The notes beneath the pieces are model-generated. The model ran no database searches. It was not told the DNA's origin and saw only the letters and a program-made list of their open reading frames with translations. From assembly GCA_963726575.1 (NCBI GenBank), contig CAVSCR010000007.1, positions 475,555-539,554 of the forward strand: 64,000 bases of DNA. The letters are read 5' to 3'. This stretch comes from an uncultured Actinomycetota bacterium. GTDB taxonomy: Bacteria > Actinomycetota > Actinomycetes > JAHEKZ01. Below, in pieces: positions 42,962 to 52,297 of the stretch (the first letter of the stretch is position 1; each line of letters begins with the position of its first letter). Made by a program: the position numbers and the translations under genes.

Positions 42962-43058
42962 ACGGCGAGCCTAACCGGGGCCACGCCCTCGCCCCTCCAC
43001 CCCTCCACCCGAAGTTGATCTTGGACGCCGACGACCGCGGCAGGGCCATGGCCGGCCC

Positions 43059-44189
43059 ATGTCATCGCCCCCTATCGTCGGCGCGGTGAGAACGTTGGCG
43101 GTGATCGTCGGCATCGCGATCGTCGTGGGCGTCACGTCGAGCGTGCTGCGGACGCTGGTGGTGCCGCGCGTGCTGCGTTCGAAGCTGACCGAGAGCACGC
43201 TCTGGCTGACGCTGGTGCCGTTTCGCTGGCTCGCCCGGCGCTCGAACCACTACGAGACACGCGACCGGATCCTGGCGTGGGCCGGGCCGCTGTCGATCGT
43301 CGTCACGTTGCTCGTCTGGATCGCGGGGTATCTCGTCGGTTACGCCACGATCCTGTACGGCCTCTCGGCGATGGACCCGACGACTGCACTGCGCGAGGCC
43401 GGATCGTCATTGCTGACGCTCGGGTTCGCCTCCACCGACCGCAACCAGCTGACCGCCGTCGATTTCCTCGCCGCGGCTACCGGGCCGATCGTCATCGGCC
43501 TGCTGATCGGTTACCTGGCCACCGTCTACAGCGCCTACAACCGTCGCGAGACCGAGGTCACCAGGCTCGAGAGCCGTGCCGGTGAGCCGAACTGGGGCCC
43601 CGAGATCCTGGCGCGCCACGCCAACATCGGGGCGGAGGTGAATCTGGACGACCTGTTCCTGGACTGGGAGCGCTGGGCTGCGGACTTGTCAGAGAGCCAC
43701 ACGAACTACCCGGTGCTGGTGTGGATCCGCTCGGCCAGGCCGTGGCGGCACTGGCTCATCGGGCAAGTCGCGGTGATGGACGCAGCCGCGCTGAGGCTCG
43801 CGTTGACCCCGTCGCTCCCGCAGGGTCGCCCACGGATCTGTCTTCGCATGGGTTTCGTGGCTCTGCGCGACATCGCCAAGGTCCAGGGGCTGGTCTTCGA
43901 CCCGGACCCGAGTCCGGACGATCCGATCCGGCTGACGTACGAGGAGTTCGCGGCGGGCGTGCAGCGGGCGACGTCGCGGGGGTACGTCGCTGAACGCACC
44001 GCCGAACAGGCGTGGCCCCACTTCCGCGGCTGGCGGGTGAACTACGAGGCCATCGCCTACGGGCTGAGCGACCTGCTCGACGCACCCCCCGCACTGTGGT
44101 CGGGATCGCGGCACGGCCAGATGAACCAGGTGCCGCCGAACGCCCCGGTCAACCGACAGCCCGGAGAGGGTCCGAAGCCGGCTCGCTAG
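43059..44189 (+). CDS. Hypothetical integral membrane protein with a channel-like TM - pore-helix-like - TM segment and a ~200-aa cytoplasmic C-domain
   Basis: TMs at 8-38, 85-115 and 145-170. The short re-entrant-like segment SLLTLGFAST between TM2 and TM3 resembles a selectivity-filter context. No confident family assignment. Confidence 0.4.
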   Translation: MSSPPIVGAVRTLAVIVGIAIVVGVTSSVLRTLVVPRVLRSKLTESTLWLTLVPFRWLARRSNHYETRDRILAWAGPLSIVVTLLVWIAGYLVGYATILYGLSAMDPTTALREAGSSLLTLGFASTDRNQLTAVDFLAAATGPIVIGLLIGYLATVYSAYNRRETEVTRLESRAGEPNWGPEILARHANIGAEVNLDDLFLDWERWAADLSESHTNYPVLVWIRSARPWRHWLIGQVAVMDAAALRLALTPSLPQGRPRICLRMGFVALRDIAKVQGLVFDPDPSPDDPIRLTYEEFAAGVQRATSRGYVAERTAEQAWPHFRGWRVNYEAIAYGLSDLLDAPPALWSGSRHGQMNQVPPNAPVNRQPGEGPKPAR

Positions 44190-44391
44190 GAGACAGCCCA
44201 GGCGCTGGGCCGCGCAGGATGCGGGCAGAGGGAGGCCCGGGCGCCACCGACGGGGGATGCAGTGACGCCCGGGCCTGCGTCCACGATCACCGAGGCGCAC
44301 CTGACGGGCAACCTGAACAAAGCCGGTTTGACGAAGGCTTGACCAAAGGTTCAATTCCGAATGTATGTCCGTCGAGAACGAGCGTGTTTCC

Positions 44392-45378
44392 TCACGCACC
44401 GGGCCGCAGGGTCACCTGTCGGCCGACCAGGGCCGATCGAGCCCGTCGCTGCTGCGCCGTCAGCACTGTCGTGGTGCCCAAGGCGTCGTCGAGACGCCGC
44501 CGGAACGCGGCCGCCGGCTCCTCAACCGCCTCCACTGCCGTGTCAGAGGCGAGGTCCCACACCGGAACGAGATGGCCATAGGCGCGAAACGACCCGACGT
44601 AACGCGAGCCCTCGCCGACCTCGAGCGCTGACGCGTCGGCGAGCCGCGCGAGCGCATCGAGCAGCGCGTCCTCGTCCTCCGGCATCACCCAGCGCAGGTG
44701 CCAGCGCTGCCCGATCTGGCACCAGTACGCCGCCTCGACGCCGGCCAGCCGGGCGGTGGGAACGACCGCCTCGTTGGCGCGTTGCATCGACTCCCGGGTG
44801 GCCTCATCGACGACGGACGCATCGAGTCCGTCCAGCCAGAAGTCGAAGCCCTCGTGCACGGTGACCGGCAACGTCGAGTCGGGGTCGACCAGGTCGTTCA
44901 GGCGAGGACCATCAGCAGGCAGCAGGCGAGGCGGCACCGGAGTGCCGGGCTCGGCCTCCAGCGCGCGCACCAGAGCGTCGGCGACGTCGGCGCTGAGGTC
45001 GCCAGAGGCGGTGCTCGTCTGCAGGGCCACCATGACCTGGCCATCGGATCGCACCAGCGCCGGCCACGCCATCGGGAGCACAGTGGCGAGCGTGGCCTGG
45101 CGACCCGCGTACTCACCGGTCAGCGTCAGCGCAGCGGTGGCCGCGGGAACGATCTCCCGCAGTGCGATCCAGTCGGGTTCGGCGGGCAGCCCTGCGAAGG
45201 GACGCAGCGTGCGGGTGTGCTCCGCCCGCGCGTTTGCCCGACCATGGCAAGCCTTGTACCGCCGACCAGACCCGCACGGACACGGTTCGCGCGCGCCGAC
45301 CACGGGCACGCCCGCGGTGTCGGGGTCAGATGTCCGCGTCGTGCGTTGCCGGGCCACGCGGTCAGCGTAGAGCCCCAC
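44392..45378 (-). CDS. SEC-C metal-binding motif / DUF5926 family protein
   Basis: N-terminal CPCGSGRRYKACHG (SecA C-terminal-type zinc motif) followed by a ~280-aa conserved actinobacterial domain. Confidence 0.6.
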   Translation of the reverse strand: MGLYADRVARQRTTRTSDPDTAGVPVVGAREPCPCGSGRRYKACHGRANARAEHTRTLRPFAGLPAEPDWIALREIVPAATAALTLTGEYAGRQATLATVLPMAWPALVRSDGQVMVALQTSTASGDLSADVADALVRALEAEPGTPVPPRLLPADGPRLNDLVDPDSTLPVTVHEGFDFWLDGLDASVVDEATRESMQRANEAVVPTARLAGVEAAYWCQIGQRWHLRWVMPEDEDALLDALARLADASALEVGEGSRYVGSFRAYGHLVPVWDLASDTAVEAVEEPAAAFRRRLDDALGTTTVLTAQQRRARSALVGRQVTLRPGA

Positions 45379-45396
45379 TCACCGGCGCTCGCCGGG

Positions 45397-46236
45397 TCAG
45401 CCGTCGACGCTCGCGCGCCCGAGCTGCCGCAGGACCGCGGCCGGACGGTTGGTGATGATGGCGTCGACACCGGCGTCGATCGCGATCGCGACGTCGTCCG
45501 GCTCGTCCACGGTCCAGGCGAAGGTCGGATGTCCGCGCTTGTGCAGCCGGCCGACGAATGCCGGGTGAGCGCGCAGAATCTCGATCGAGGGTCCAGCGAT
45601 CTGGAACCCGGCCGGCAGCTGGCCCGACCGATAGGCCAGCGGAACCCGCTCCATGAGCATCACCAAGGGCAGCGACGGCGCAAGCCGACGCATGCGGCGC
45701 AACGCCAGCTCCGAGAAGCTCATGACGTGCACGGTTGCCGCAGGGCCGGACGCGGGATCGGCGAGGTCGTAGCGACGCAACAGCTCCGCCAGCTTCTGCT
45801 CGACCAACCCGGCGTAGCGAGTGGGGTGCTTGGTCTCGATGGCCAACCCGACCGGCCGTGACGCCTCGAGCGTGAACCGGATCAACCGGTCCAGCGTCAG
45901 CACCGTGCGACGTTCGGCCAGACTGTCGTCCTGATCCGGTGCCTCGAGCCCATATCCGTTGGAGTCGCCGCTGCGCTCGGCGTCCTTCCAGGACCCGAAG
46001 TCGAGCTGTTGCAGGTCGGCCAGCTCAAGCGTGGACAACACACCACGACCGTTCGACGTGCGCTCCACCCGGCGGTCGTGCACGCACACCAGATGTCCAT
46101 CGGCGGTGAGCCGGACGTCGGCTTCCAACGCGTCGGCGCCTTCGTCGATCGCTTGTCGGTAGGCCGCGAGCGTGTGCTCGGGAACGGTGTCGCTGGAACC
46201 GCGGTGGGCGATGACCCGCACCTCGTCAGCGTGCAC
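45397..46236 (-). CDS. Glycerophosphodiester phosphodiesterase
   Basis: VIAHRGSSDTVPEHTLAAY...EADVRLTADGHLVCVHD is the GDPD catalytic signature. Confidence 0.8.
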   Translation of the reverse strand: MHADEVRVIAHRGSSDTVPEHTLAAYRQAIDEGADALEADVRLTADGHLVCVHDRRVERTSNGRGVLSTLELADLQQLDFGSWKDAERSGDSNGYGLEAPDQDDSLAERRTVLTLDRLIRFTLEASRPVGLAIETKHPTRYAGLVEQKLAELLRRYDLADPASGPAATVHVMSFSELALRRMRRLAPSLPLVMLMERVPLAYRSGQLPAGFQIAGPSIEILRAHPAFVGRLHKRGHPTFAWTVDEPDDVAIAIDAGVDAIITNRPAAVLRQLGRASVDG

Positions 46237-46313
46237 AGGAGCATCGTGGCACTCCGAGATCCGCCGCGTCCTTCGGGGCGCGGCAAAGTCTTTCCCTTGA
46301 GCTGTCCCGGCAG

Positions 46314-47132
46314 TTGCGTTGCGTGAATGATGGCGTCGTGGTCGAACCAGGCGGAGTGGTCCCTCGGAAGGAGTCGTTCAACGCCGTCGCCGAGCGGTAC
46401 GACCGGTCCAGACCCGGCTACCCGGACGAGCTGGTGAAGGACCTCGTCCAGCTGGCCGAACTGCGGCCGAGCAGCAGGGTCCTCGAGATCGGGTGCGGGA
46501 CTGGCCAGCTGACGGTTCCGCTGGCTCGTACCGGCTCGAGCATCGTCGCCGTCGAACTCGGTGATCGGCTGGCCGAGCTCGCCCGGCGCAACCTCGCCGG
46601 CTTCAAGGCCGTGAGCGTCGTCAACTCCGCGTTCGAGGACTGGGCGCTGCCTGATGAACCGTTCGACTGCGTCGTCAGTGCCACGGCCTTCCACTGGCTC
46701 GACCCCGGCGTTCGTCTGGTCAAGTCGGCGCAGGCGCTGCGCGCCGGAGGCGCCATCGCGATCATCGCCACGCACCACATCGCGGGTGGCACGGACGGTT
46801 TCGATGACGCTTGCCAGCCCTGCTACACGCGTTGGACCGGGGCTGACCCCGACTTCCGGCTCCCGACCGCCGACGACGTCGAGAGCGACGACGAGCTGCA
46901 GCGGTCCGACCTGTTCGACCGGGTGACCCTGCGCAGATACGTGCGCGAGCTGCCGTACCCGACCCAGCGGCTGGCCGATCTGCTCGGGACGTTCTCACCG
47001 CATCTCGCCCTGAGCCCCGAGGCGCGCGCCGGTCTGATCGACTGCCTGTCGAACCTCGTCGACTCCGAGTTCGACGGACGGGTCACACAGCGTTACCTGA
47101 ACGAGCTGCAGGTGGCGACCAAGGTCGACTGA
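46314..47132 (+). CDS. Class I SAM-dependent methyltransferase
   Basis: Motif I VLEIGCGTGQLT. The start is uncertain: a TTG at 46314 or an internal GTG. Confidence 0.7.
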   Translation: MRCVNDGVVVEPGGVVPRKESFNAVAERYDRSRPGYPDELVKDLVQLAELRPSSRVLEIGCGTGQLTVPLARTGSSIVAVELGDRLAELARRNLAGFKAVSVVNSAFEDWALPDEPFDCVVSATAFHWLDPGVRLVKSAQALRAGGAIAIIATHHIAGGTDGFDDACQPCYTRWTGADPDFRLPTADDVESDDELQRSDLFDRVTLRRYVRELPYPTQRLADLLGTFSPHLALSPEARAGLIDCLSNLVDSEFDGRVTQRYLNELQVATKVD

Positions 47133-47135
47133 CTG

Positions 47136-47210
47136 TGTTGATCAAGGAAAAGATGTCGGGTTTTCAAGATCAACATGCACCTGAAGTCCAAGATCAACTC
47201 AAGGGTTGGG
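47136..47210. repeat. AT-rich conserved intergenic element, copy B (TGTTGATC ... CAAGATCAAC-N14-CAAGATCAAC)
   Basis: Aligns base-for-base with 6621-6696. Direct repeats CAAGATCAAC sit at 47165-47174 and 47189-47198 (24-nt start-to-start, as in copy A). It lies between the convergent methyltransferase and FAD oxidase genes and overlaps the last codons of the oxidase. Confidence 0.6.
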
Positions 47211-48533
47211 GTGGGGGTGGGGGTAGGGCAGGAGGACGCCGGGGTTGAGCAGTCCGGCGGGGTCCAGCGCATCCTTGATGGCACGCATCGCGGCGAGTTC
47301 CGCAGCCGAGCGGCTCAGCGGCAGGTCGGCGACCTTCGCGACGCCGACGCCGTGCTCCGCGCTGATCGTGCCGCCGTTCGATGCGACGAGCCGCAGCAAC
47401 GCCGCGTCCACCTCGTGGTCGTCGGGGGCGGCCCCGACGACCTCCACGTGCAGGTTGCCTTCGAGCAAGTGCCCGAACACGTACAGGTCGTGCGGCGCTG
47501 CTGCCGACGGCATCGCCTCCATCACCACGCGCAGCCGGTCCAGCGGCACACCCACGTCGAGCTTGTGCACCACTCCCAGGGTCCCCACGGCCTCGGTCTG
47601 GCGCTCGCGATAGGCCCAGAGCCGACGGTCCACCACCGCGTCGGCATCGACATCGAGCAGTGGCGCCGACGTGGTCTCGATCAGCAGGTACACCGGCCAC
47701 CGCTTCTGCAGAGGGAAGGGCAGCTCAGCGACGGTCGTCACCAGGTCCATGGCGCTGCCACCGATGAACTCGGCCGCCAGCAGATCATCCTGGTCACGGG
47801 CGATCGCCACAGCCGCGTCGATGTCACTGACCCCCACCAACGTCGTCAACCTGCCTTCGGGCAACGGCGACACCAGATGAAGGCGCACCTGCGTGATCAG
47901 GCCGAGGGTTCCTTCGCTGGCCACCATCAGGTGGCTCACGTCGAAACCTGCGGAGTCCTTGGGAAGACCGGCCAGGTGTGTCGCCACCGACCCGTCGGCC
48001 AGCACGTACTCCAGCCCGCACATCTGGCGGCGGGTGTCACCGTGTCGCACGACACGCAGTCCCCCGGCGTTCGTCGCCACGGTTCCGCCGATCGTCGCCG
48101 AGTCGCGGGCCGCGAGGTCGACCCCGTAGTCGAGACCGGCGGTCGCGGCCAGGCGTTGCACCTGCGCGATCGTCACACCTGCGCCGACCGTGACCTGTCG
48201 ACTGCTGACGTCGACAGAACCGATCGAGGTGAGACCACGGGTGGACACGATCACCATGGGCCGCGAACGTGGCACCGATGCCCCGACGAGTCCGGTGTTG
48301 CCGCCTTGCGCGACGATCGGCATGCCGAACTGCGCGCAGGTGCGAACGACCTGGCTCACCTGCGCCGTGTCGTGCGGACGGACCACTGCGGCTGCCTCCC
48401 CGCGGTAGCGACCGGTCCAGTCGATGCAATACGGAGCCCGAAGGTCGGGGTCCGTGAGCACGTCGTCGGGTCCCACGACGGCGCGCAACGCACGAGTGAG
48501 TGCCTCGGCGTCGGCAGTGCCGGGTGAACTCAC
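47199..48533 (-). CDS. FAD-linked oxidase (GlcD / D-lactate dehydrogenase-like, PCMH-type FAD binding + C-terminal oxidase domain)
   Basis: FAD-binding domain (IVAQGGNTGLVGASVP) and a C-terminal FAD-oxidase domain. Start trimmed to the GTG at 48533 that overlaps the fpg stop (GTGA). Confidence 0.8.
   Translation of the reverse strand: MSSPGTADAEALTRALRAVVGPDDVLTDPDLRAPYCIDWTGRYRGEAAAVVRPHDTAQVSQVVRTCAQFGMPIVAQGGNTGLVGASVPRSRPMVIVSTRGLTSIGSVDVSSRQVTVGAGVTIAQVQRLAATAGLDYGVDLAARDSATIGGTVATNAGGLRVVRHGDTRRQMCGLEYVLADGSVATHLAGLPKDSAGFDVSHLMVASEGTLGLITQVRLHLVSPLPEGRLTTLVGVSDIDAAVAIARDQDDLLAAEFIGGSAMDLVTTVAELPFPLQKRWPVYLLIETTSAPLLDVDADAVVDRRLWAYRERQTEAVGTLGVVHKLDVGVPLDRLRVVMEAMPSAAAPHDLYVFGHLLEGNLHVEVVGAAPDDHEVDAALLRLVASNGGTISAEHGVGVAKVADLPLSRSAAELAAMRAIKDALDPAGLLNPGVLLPYPHPHPNP
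47203..47228 (+). other. G-quadruplex-forming motif GGGTTGGGGTGGGGGTGGGGGTAGGG
   Basis: Five G-tracts of 3-5 Gs with 1-2-nt loops on the + strand. The complementary strand encodes the PYPHPHPNP C-terminus of the FAD oxidase. Confidence 0.5.
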
Positions 48534-49396
48534 TTCAGCAACCGCGAGAGGCGCCGATCGGCCAACGGTTTGCCGCCGGTCTGACACGTCGCGCAGTACT
48601 GCAGCGACGAGTCAGCGAACGACACCTCGCGCACGATGTCGCCGCACACGGGGCACAGTTGCCCGGTGCGCCCATGCACCCGCATACCGGCGCGCTTGCC
48701 GTCCTTCAGCTCATTCGCCGCAAGACCTTCGGAACGCTCGACCGCCTCCCTCAGTGTGGTGATGGTGGCGTCGTACAGGGTCGCCCGTTCGTCGTCGGTC
48801 AGTGCTCCGGCCAGACGAAACGGTGACAGCTTCGCCACGTGCAGGATCTCGTCGCTGTAGGCGTTGCCGATCCCGGCAATCACCGACTGGTCGCGCAGCA
48901 CTCCCTTCAGCTGGGTCCGCGCGTGCGCCGCGAGGATGGCATCGAAGGTGGCACCGTCGAAATCCGGTGCCAACGGGTCGGGGCCGAGCCGGGCGATCCC
49001 GGGAACGTCGAACGGGTCGCGCACGACGTAGACGGCCAGCTTCTTCTTGGTCCCTGCCTCGGTGAGGTCGAAACCGCTCCCGTCGTCCAGGTGCAGCCGC
49101 AACGCGATGGCCTGGCCACGGCCAGGCTTGAGCGGGGTCGTCGGGAGCTCTGCCCGCCAGCGCAGCCAGCCCGCCCTGGCGAGATGGAACACCAGGTGCA
49201 GACCCCCGACGTCCAGGTCGAGGAACTTGCCGCGCCGGGTGACGCTGGTGACGGTGAGCCCGCACAGCGACGTGGGTGGCGGGTCGTAGGTCTTCAGCGC
49301 AGCGATGCTCGGGGTGTCGACCCGCGCCACGACCCGGCCGACGGCCTGGCCCTCCAGGAAGGCCGCCAGGGCCTCGACCTCGGGCAACTCGGGCAC
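48530..49396 (-). CDS. fpg: Formamidopyrimidine-DNA glycosylase / Nei-family DNA glycosylase-AP lyase
   Basis: (M)PELPEVE N-terminus with catalytic Pro2, an H2TH region, and a C-terminal zinc finger CPVCGD...CATCQ. Confidence 0.8.
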   Translation of the reverse strand: MPELPEVEALAAFLEGQAVGRVVARVDTPSIAALKTYDPPPTSLCGLTVTSVTRRGKFLDLDVGGLHLVFHLARAGWLRWRAELPTTPLKPGRGQAIALRLHLDDGSGFDLTEAGTKKKLAVYVVRDPFDVPGIARLGPDPLAPDFDGATFDAILAAHARTQLKGVLRDQSVIAGIGNAYSDEILHVAKLSPFRLAGALTDDERATLYDATITTLREAVERSEGLAANELKDGKRAGMRVHGRTGQLCPVCGDIVREVSFADSSLQYCATCQTGGKPLADRRLSRLLK

Positions 49397-49471
49397 CGGT
49401 CCAGTCTGGCGCAACCGCGGCCGGCGCGCGGCTTTGCTACGGCAGCGTAGGTTACGGTACCGTAGGTTCTC

Positions 49472-50923
49472 GTGAATTCCGGAACGAAAGCCCCCCTCCC
49501 CGTCGTCATCCAAGGCGGCATGGGCGTCGGCGTCTCGAGTTGGCGGCTGGCCCGCACCGTGGCCCAGGCCGGCGGCCTCGGCGTCATCTCGGGGGTGGCC
49601 CCGGACCTCGTGCTCTCCCGCTGGCTGCAAGACGGCGACCCCGACGGGTTCGTGCGCGCGGCCATCGCCGACTACCCCGACCAGGAGTTCCTGGCCGCGA
49701 CCCTGCAGAAGTTCTTCCGTCCCGGCGGTCGCCCGCCCGGCAAGTCCTACCGCCCGATCACCAAGCTGGACCTGAACCAGCGGCTGGACGCGGTGCGCCT
49801 CACCGCCCTGGGCGCGTACGCCCAGGTCCGCATGGCCAAGGCCGGTCATGACGGCGTGGTCGGCATCAACCTGCTCGAGAAGGTCCAGCTCTGGACCCCC
49901 GCCGCCCTGCTCGGCGCGGTCCTCGCGGAGGTCGACTACGTCCTCGTGGGCGCCGGCGTCCCCACCCACCTGCCCCGCATGCTCAACGGCATCGCCGCCT
50001 GCGAGCCGGTCTCGCTGCCGATCGACGTGTCTGGCGCGCTGAGCGGGGAGAGCTACGGCATCACCCTCGACCCGGCTGTGGTCGTTCCGGGGCTGACGGC
50101 ACCGCTGAAGCGGCCGACGTTCCTCGCGATCATCTCCTCGAACATCCTGGCTACCTACCTCGCCCGCGACGAGGCAACGCGACCCGACGGCTTCGTGGTC
50201 GAGGGCCCAGGCGCCGGTGGGCACAACGCACCACCGCGCAAGTTGGTGCTCGACGACGACGGCCAGCCCATCTACGGCCCGCGCGACGAGGTCGACCTAG
50301 CCAAGCTGGCGACCATCGGACTGCCGTTCTGGCTGGCCGGTGGCTACGCCAACCCCGAGAAGGTGGCGGAGGCGCTCGAGGCAGGTGCCGCAGGCGTCCA
50401 GGTCGGCACCGCGTTCGCCCTGTCCGACGAGTCCGGCCTGACCGAGCCGATCCGGCGCACCCTGGTCAACCGGCTGCGGGCCGACGACCTGGACGTACGC
50501 ACCGACCCGCTGGCTTCACCCACCGGATTCCCGTTCAAGGTCGTGCAGCTCTCCGGAACCGTCGCCGATCCGGCCGTCGGTTCTGCGCGGGAACGGATCT
50601 GCGACCTGTCTTACCTGCGCAGCCCATATCGTCGCGAGGACGGCAGTGTGGGTTACCGCTGCCCGAGTGAGCCGGTGGACGACTACGTGCGCAAGGGCGG
50701 GACGGCCGAGGACACGGTAGGTCGGATGTGCCTCTGCAACGGACTGTCAGCAACGCACGACCAGGCACAGCTGAAGAAGAACGGCACGCTGGAGCCGCCG
50801 GTCGTCACCCTCGGCGCCGATCGGGCGCAGCTCGCGGGACTCTTCGAGCGCTTCGACGACCACTGGGGCGCCAACGACGTCATGACGTGGCTCACCTCGA
50901 AGGTCGCGGTGCCCGTCAGCTAG
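49472..50923 (+). CDS. Nitronate monooxygenase / 2-nitropropane dioxygenase-like FMN oxidoreductase (FabK-like TIM barrel)
   Basis: VVIQGGMGVGVSSWRLARTVAQAGGLGVIS is the NMO N-terminal signature. 483 aa. Confidence 0.75.
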   Translation: MNSGTKAPLPVVIQGGMGVGVSSWRLARTVAQAGGLGVISGVAPDLVLSRWLQDGDPDGFVRAAIADYPDQEFLAATLQKFFRPGGRPPGKSYRPITKLDLNQRLDAVRLTALGAYAQVRMAKAGHDGVVGINLLEKVQLWTPAALLGAVLAEVDYVLVGAGVPTHLPRMLNGIAACEPVSLPIDVSGALSGESYGITLDPAVVVPGLTAPLKRPTFLAIISSNILATYLARDEATRPDGFVVEGPGAGGHNAPPRKLVLDDDGQPIYGPRDEVDLAKLATIGLPFWLAGGYANPEKVAEALEAGAAGVQVGTAFALSDESGLTEPIRRTLVNRLRADDLDVRTDPLASPTGFPFKVVQLSGTVADPAVGSARERICDLSYLRSPYRREDGSVGYRCPSEPVDDYVRKGGTAEDTVGRMCLCNGLSATHDQAQLKKNGTLEPPVVTLGADRAQLAGLFERFDDHWGANDVMTWLTSKVAVPVS

Positions 50924-50929
50924 CGCCCG

Positions 50930-52246
50930 TCAAGCAAGGCCGAGGGCATGCGCTTCCTCCCACAGTTCCTCGTGGACATCCGGATGCGCGGCGCACTCGA
51001 TCAGGTTGCGCGCCTGTTCGTGCTGGCTGCGGCCCCAGATCAGCGCAACTCCGTTCTCGGTCACCACGGCACTGTGCTGGAAGGACGTGACGGGCTCATC
51101 GATCAGGGGCACGATCGTCGAGCAGTTCGCCCGCGGATGCCACGACCTCAGTGCGATCAGCGCCTGTCCGCCCCGTGAGTGCAGCGCTCCCACCACGAAG
51201 TCGGTCTGACCGCCGAACCCGGAGTAGATCCGCGAGTTGATGCGCGACGCGTTCGCCTGGCCGAACAGATCCACCTGCAGCGCCGCATTGACGCTCACCA
51301 GCTGCGGGTTGGCCGCAATCCTGGCGGGGTCGTTGGTCGTCTCCGTGCGCAGCACCTGCACACGCGGGTTGCGGTCGACCCAGGCATAGAGCTCAGGTGA
51401 GCCGAACACGAACGACGCGGTCAGCAACTCGTCCTCGTCGAGGGCTCCACTTTCCTCGAGGGCGAGAATGCCATCGCTGAACATCTCTGACCACACGCGC
51501 AGCCCGCGACGCCCCACGAGGCCGTGCAATGTGGCATCGGGGACGGCTCCGATCCCCAGCTGCATGGTCGAGCCGTCGAGTACCCGCTCGGCCACGCGCG
51601 CCCCGATCTCACGCGAGACGTCGTCGAGCTCCAGCGCCGGTGGCGAGACCATCGGCTGGTCCACCTCGACCAGGAAGTCCAGGTCGTCCACCGACATCAC
51701 ACCGTCGCCGTAGGTGTAGGGCATCTGGGCGTTCGCCTGCGCCACCACGATCCCCCCGCGGGCGCGGGCTGCCTCGATCGCCGCGGGGAGCAGGTTGACC
51801 TCGGTGCCGAGCGACACCGTCCCGTCTCGGACCACCGATGTGTGCACCACGACGGCGTCCGGCGGACAGCTCGTGCGAAACAACAAGGGCGCCAGCGACA
51901 ACCGCGACGGCACGTAGCGCAGCTCGGCCTGGCCGCGCATCCCCGGCCCGACGAAACACGTCTCGAGGCAGACGCCTGGCCGGGTCGGGATCCCCCGTTG
52001 GGCATTGAGCATGAACAAGCGGTACTGCTCGACGGCCGCGTCCAGTAGTCCGAGCGCGACGGTCGGTGTGGCGAAGTTGCCGCTGGCGACCACGCGCGGC
52101 AGATCGGGCAGCCGTCCGAAGACCGCAGCCAATTCCTCGACGGGAACGGTTCGCACGGACCCATCTTGGCGCGACTGCTGGTCTGGCGCGGCATCACCCA
52201 CCTGGGCGAGCCAGCGATCGACCTGACCGCCCGATCCATCAGGCAC
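50930..52246 (-). CDS. Acetyl-CoA hydrolase/transferase family protein (4-hydroxybutyrate CoA-transferase-like)
   Basis: Two-domain CoA-transferase pattern (ASGNFATPT ... GGQTDFVVGA). Confidence 0.75.
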   Translation of the reverse strand: MPDGSGGQVDRWLAQVGDAAPDQQSRQDGSVRTVPVEELAAVFGRLPDLPRVVASGNFATPTVALGLLDAAVEQYRLFMLNAQRGIPTRPGVCLETCFVGPGMRGQAELRYVPSRLSLAPLLFRTSCPPDAVVVHTSVVRDGTVSLGTEVNLLPAAIEAARARGGIVVAQANAQMPYTYGDGVMSVDDLDFLVEVDQPMVSPPALELDDVSREIGARVAERVLDGSTMQLGIGAVPDATLHGLVGRRGLRVWSEMFSDGILALEESGALDEDELLTASFVFGSPELYAWVDRNPRVQVLRTETTNDPARIAANPQLVSVNAALQVDLFGQANASRINSRIYSGFGGQTDFVVGALHSRGGQALIALRSWHPRANCSTIVPLIDEPVTSFQHSAVVTENGVALIWGRSQHEQARNLIECAAHPDVHEELWEEAHALGLA

Positions 52247-52297
52247 ACCAGCACTGCCGGTGCCAGACGAGGGGTTGGCATCGGCAGTGCTCGTGCG

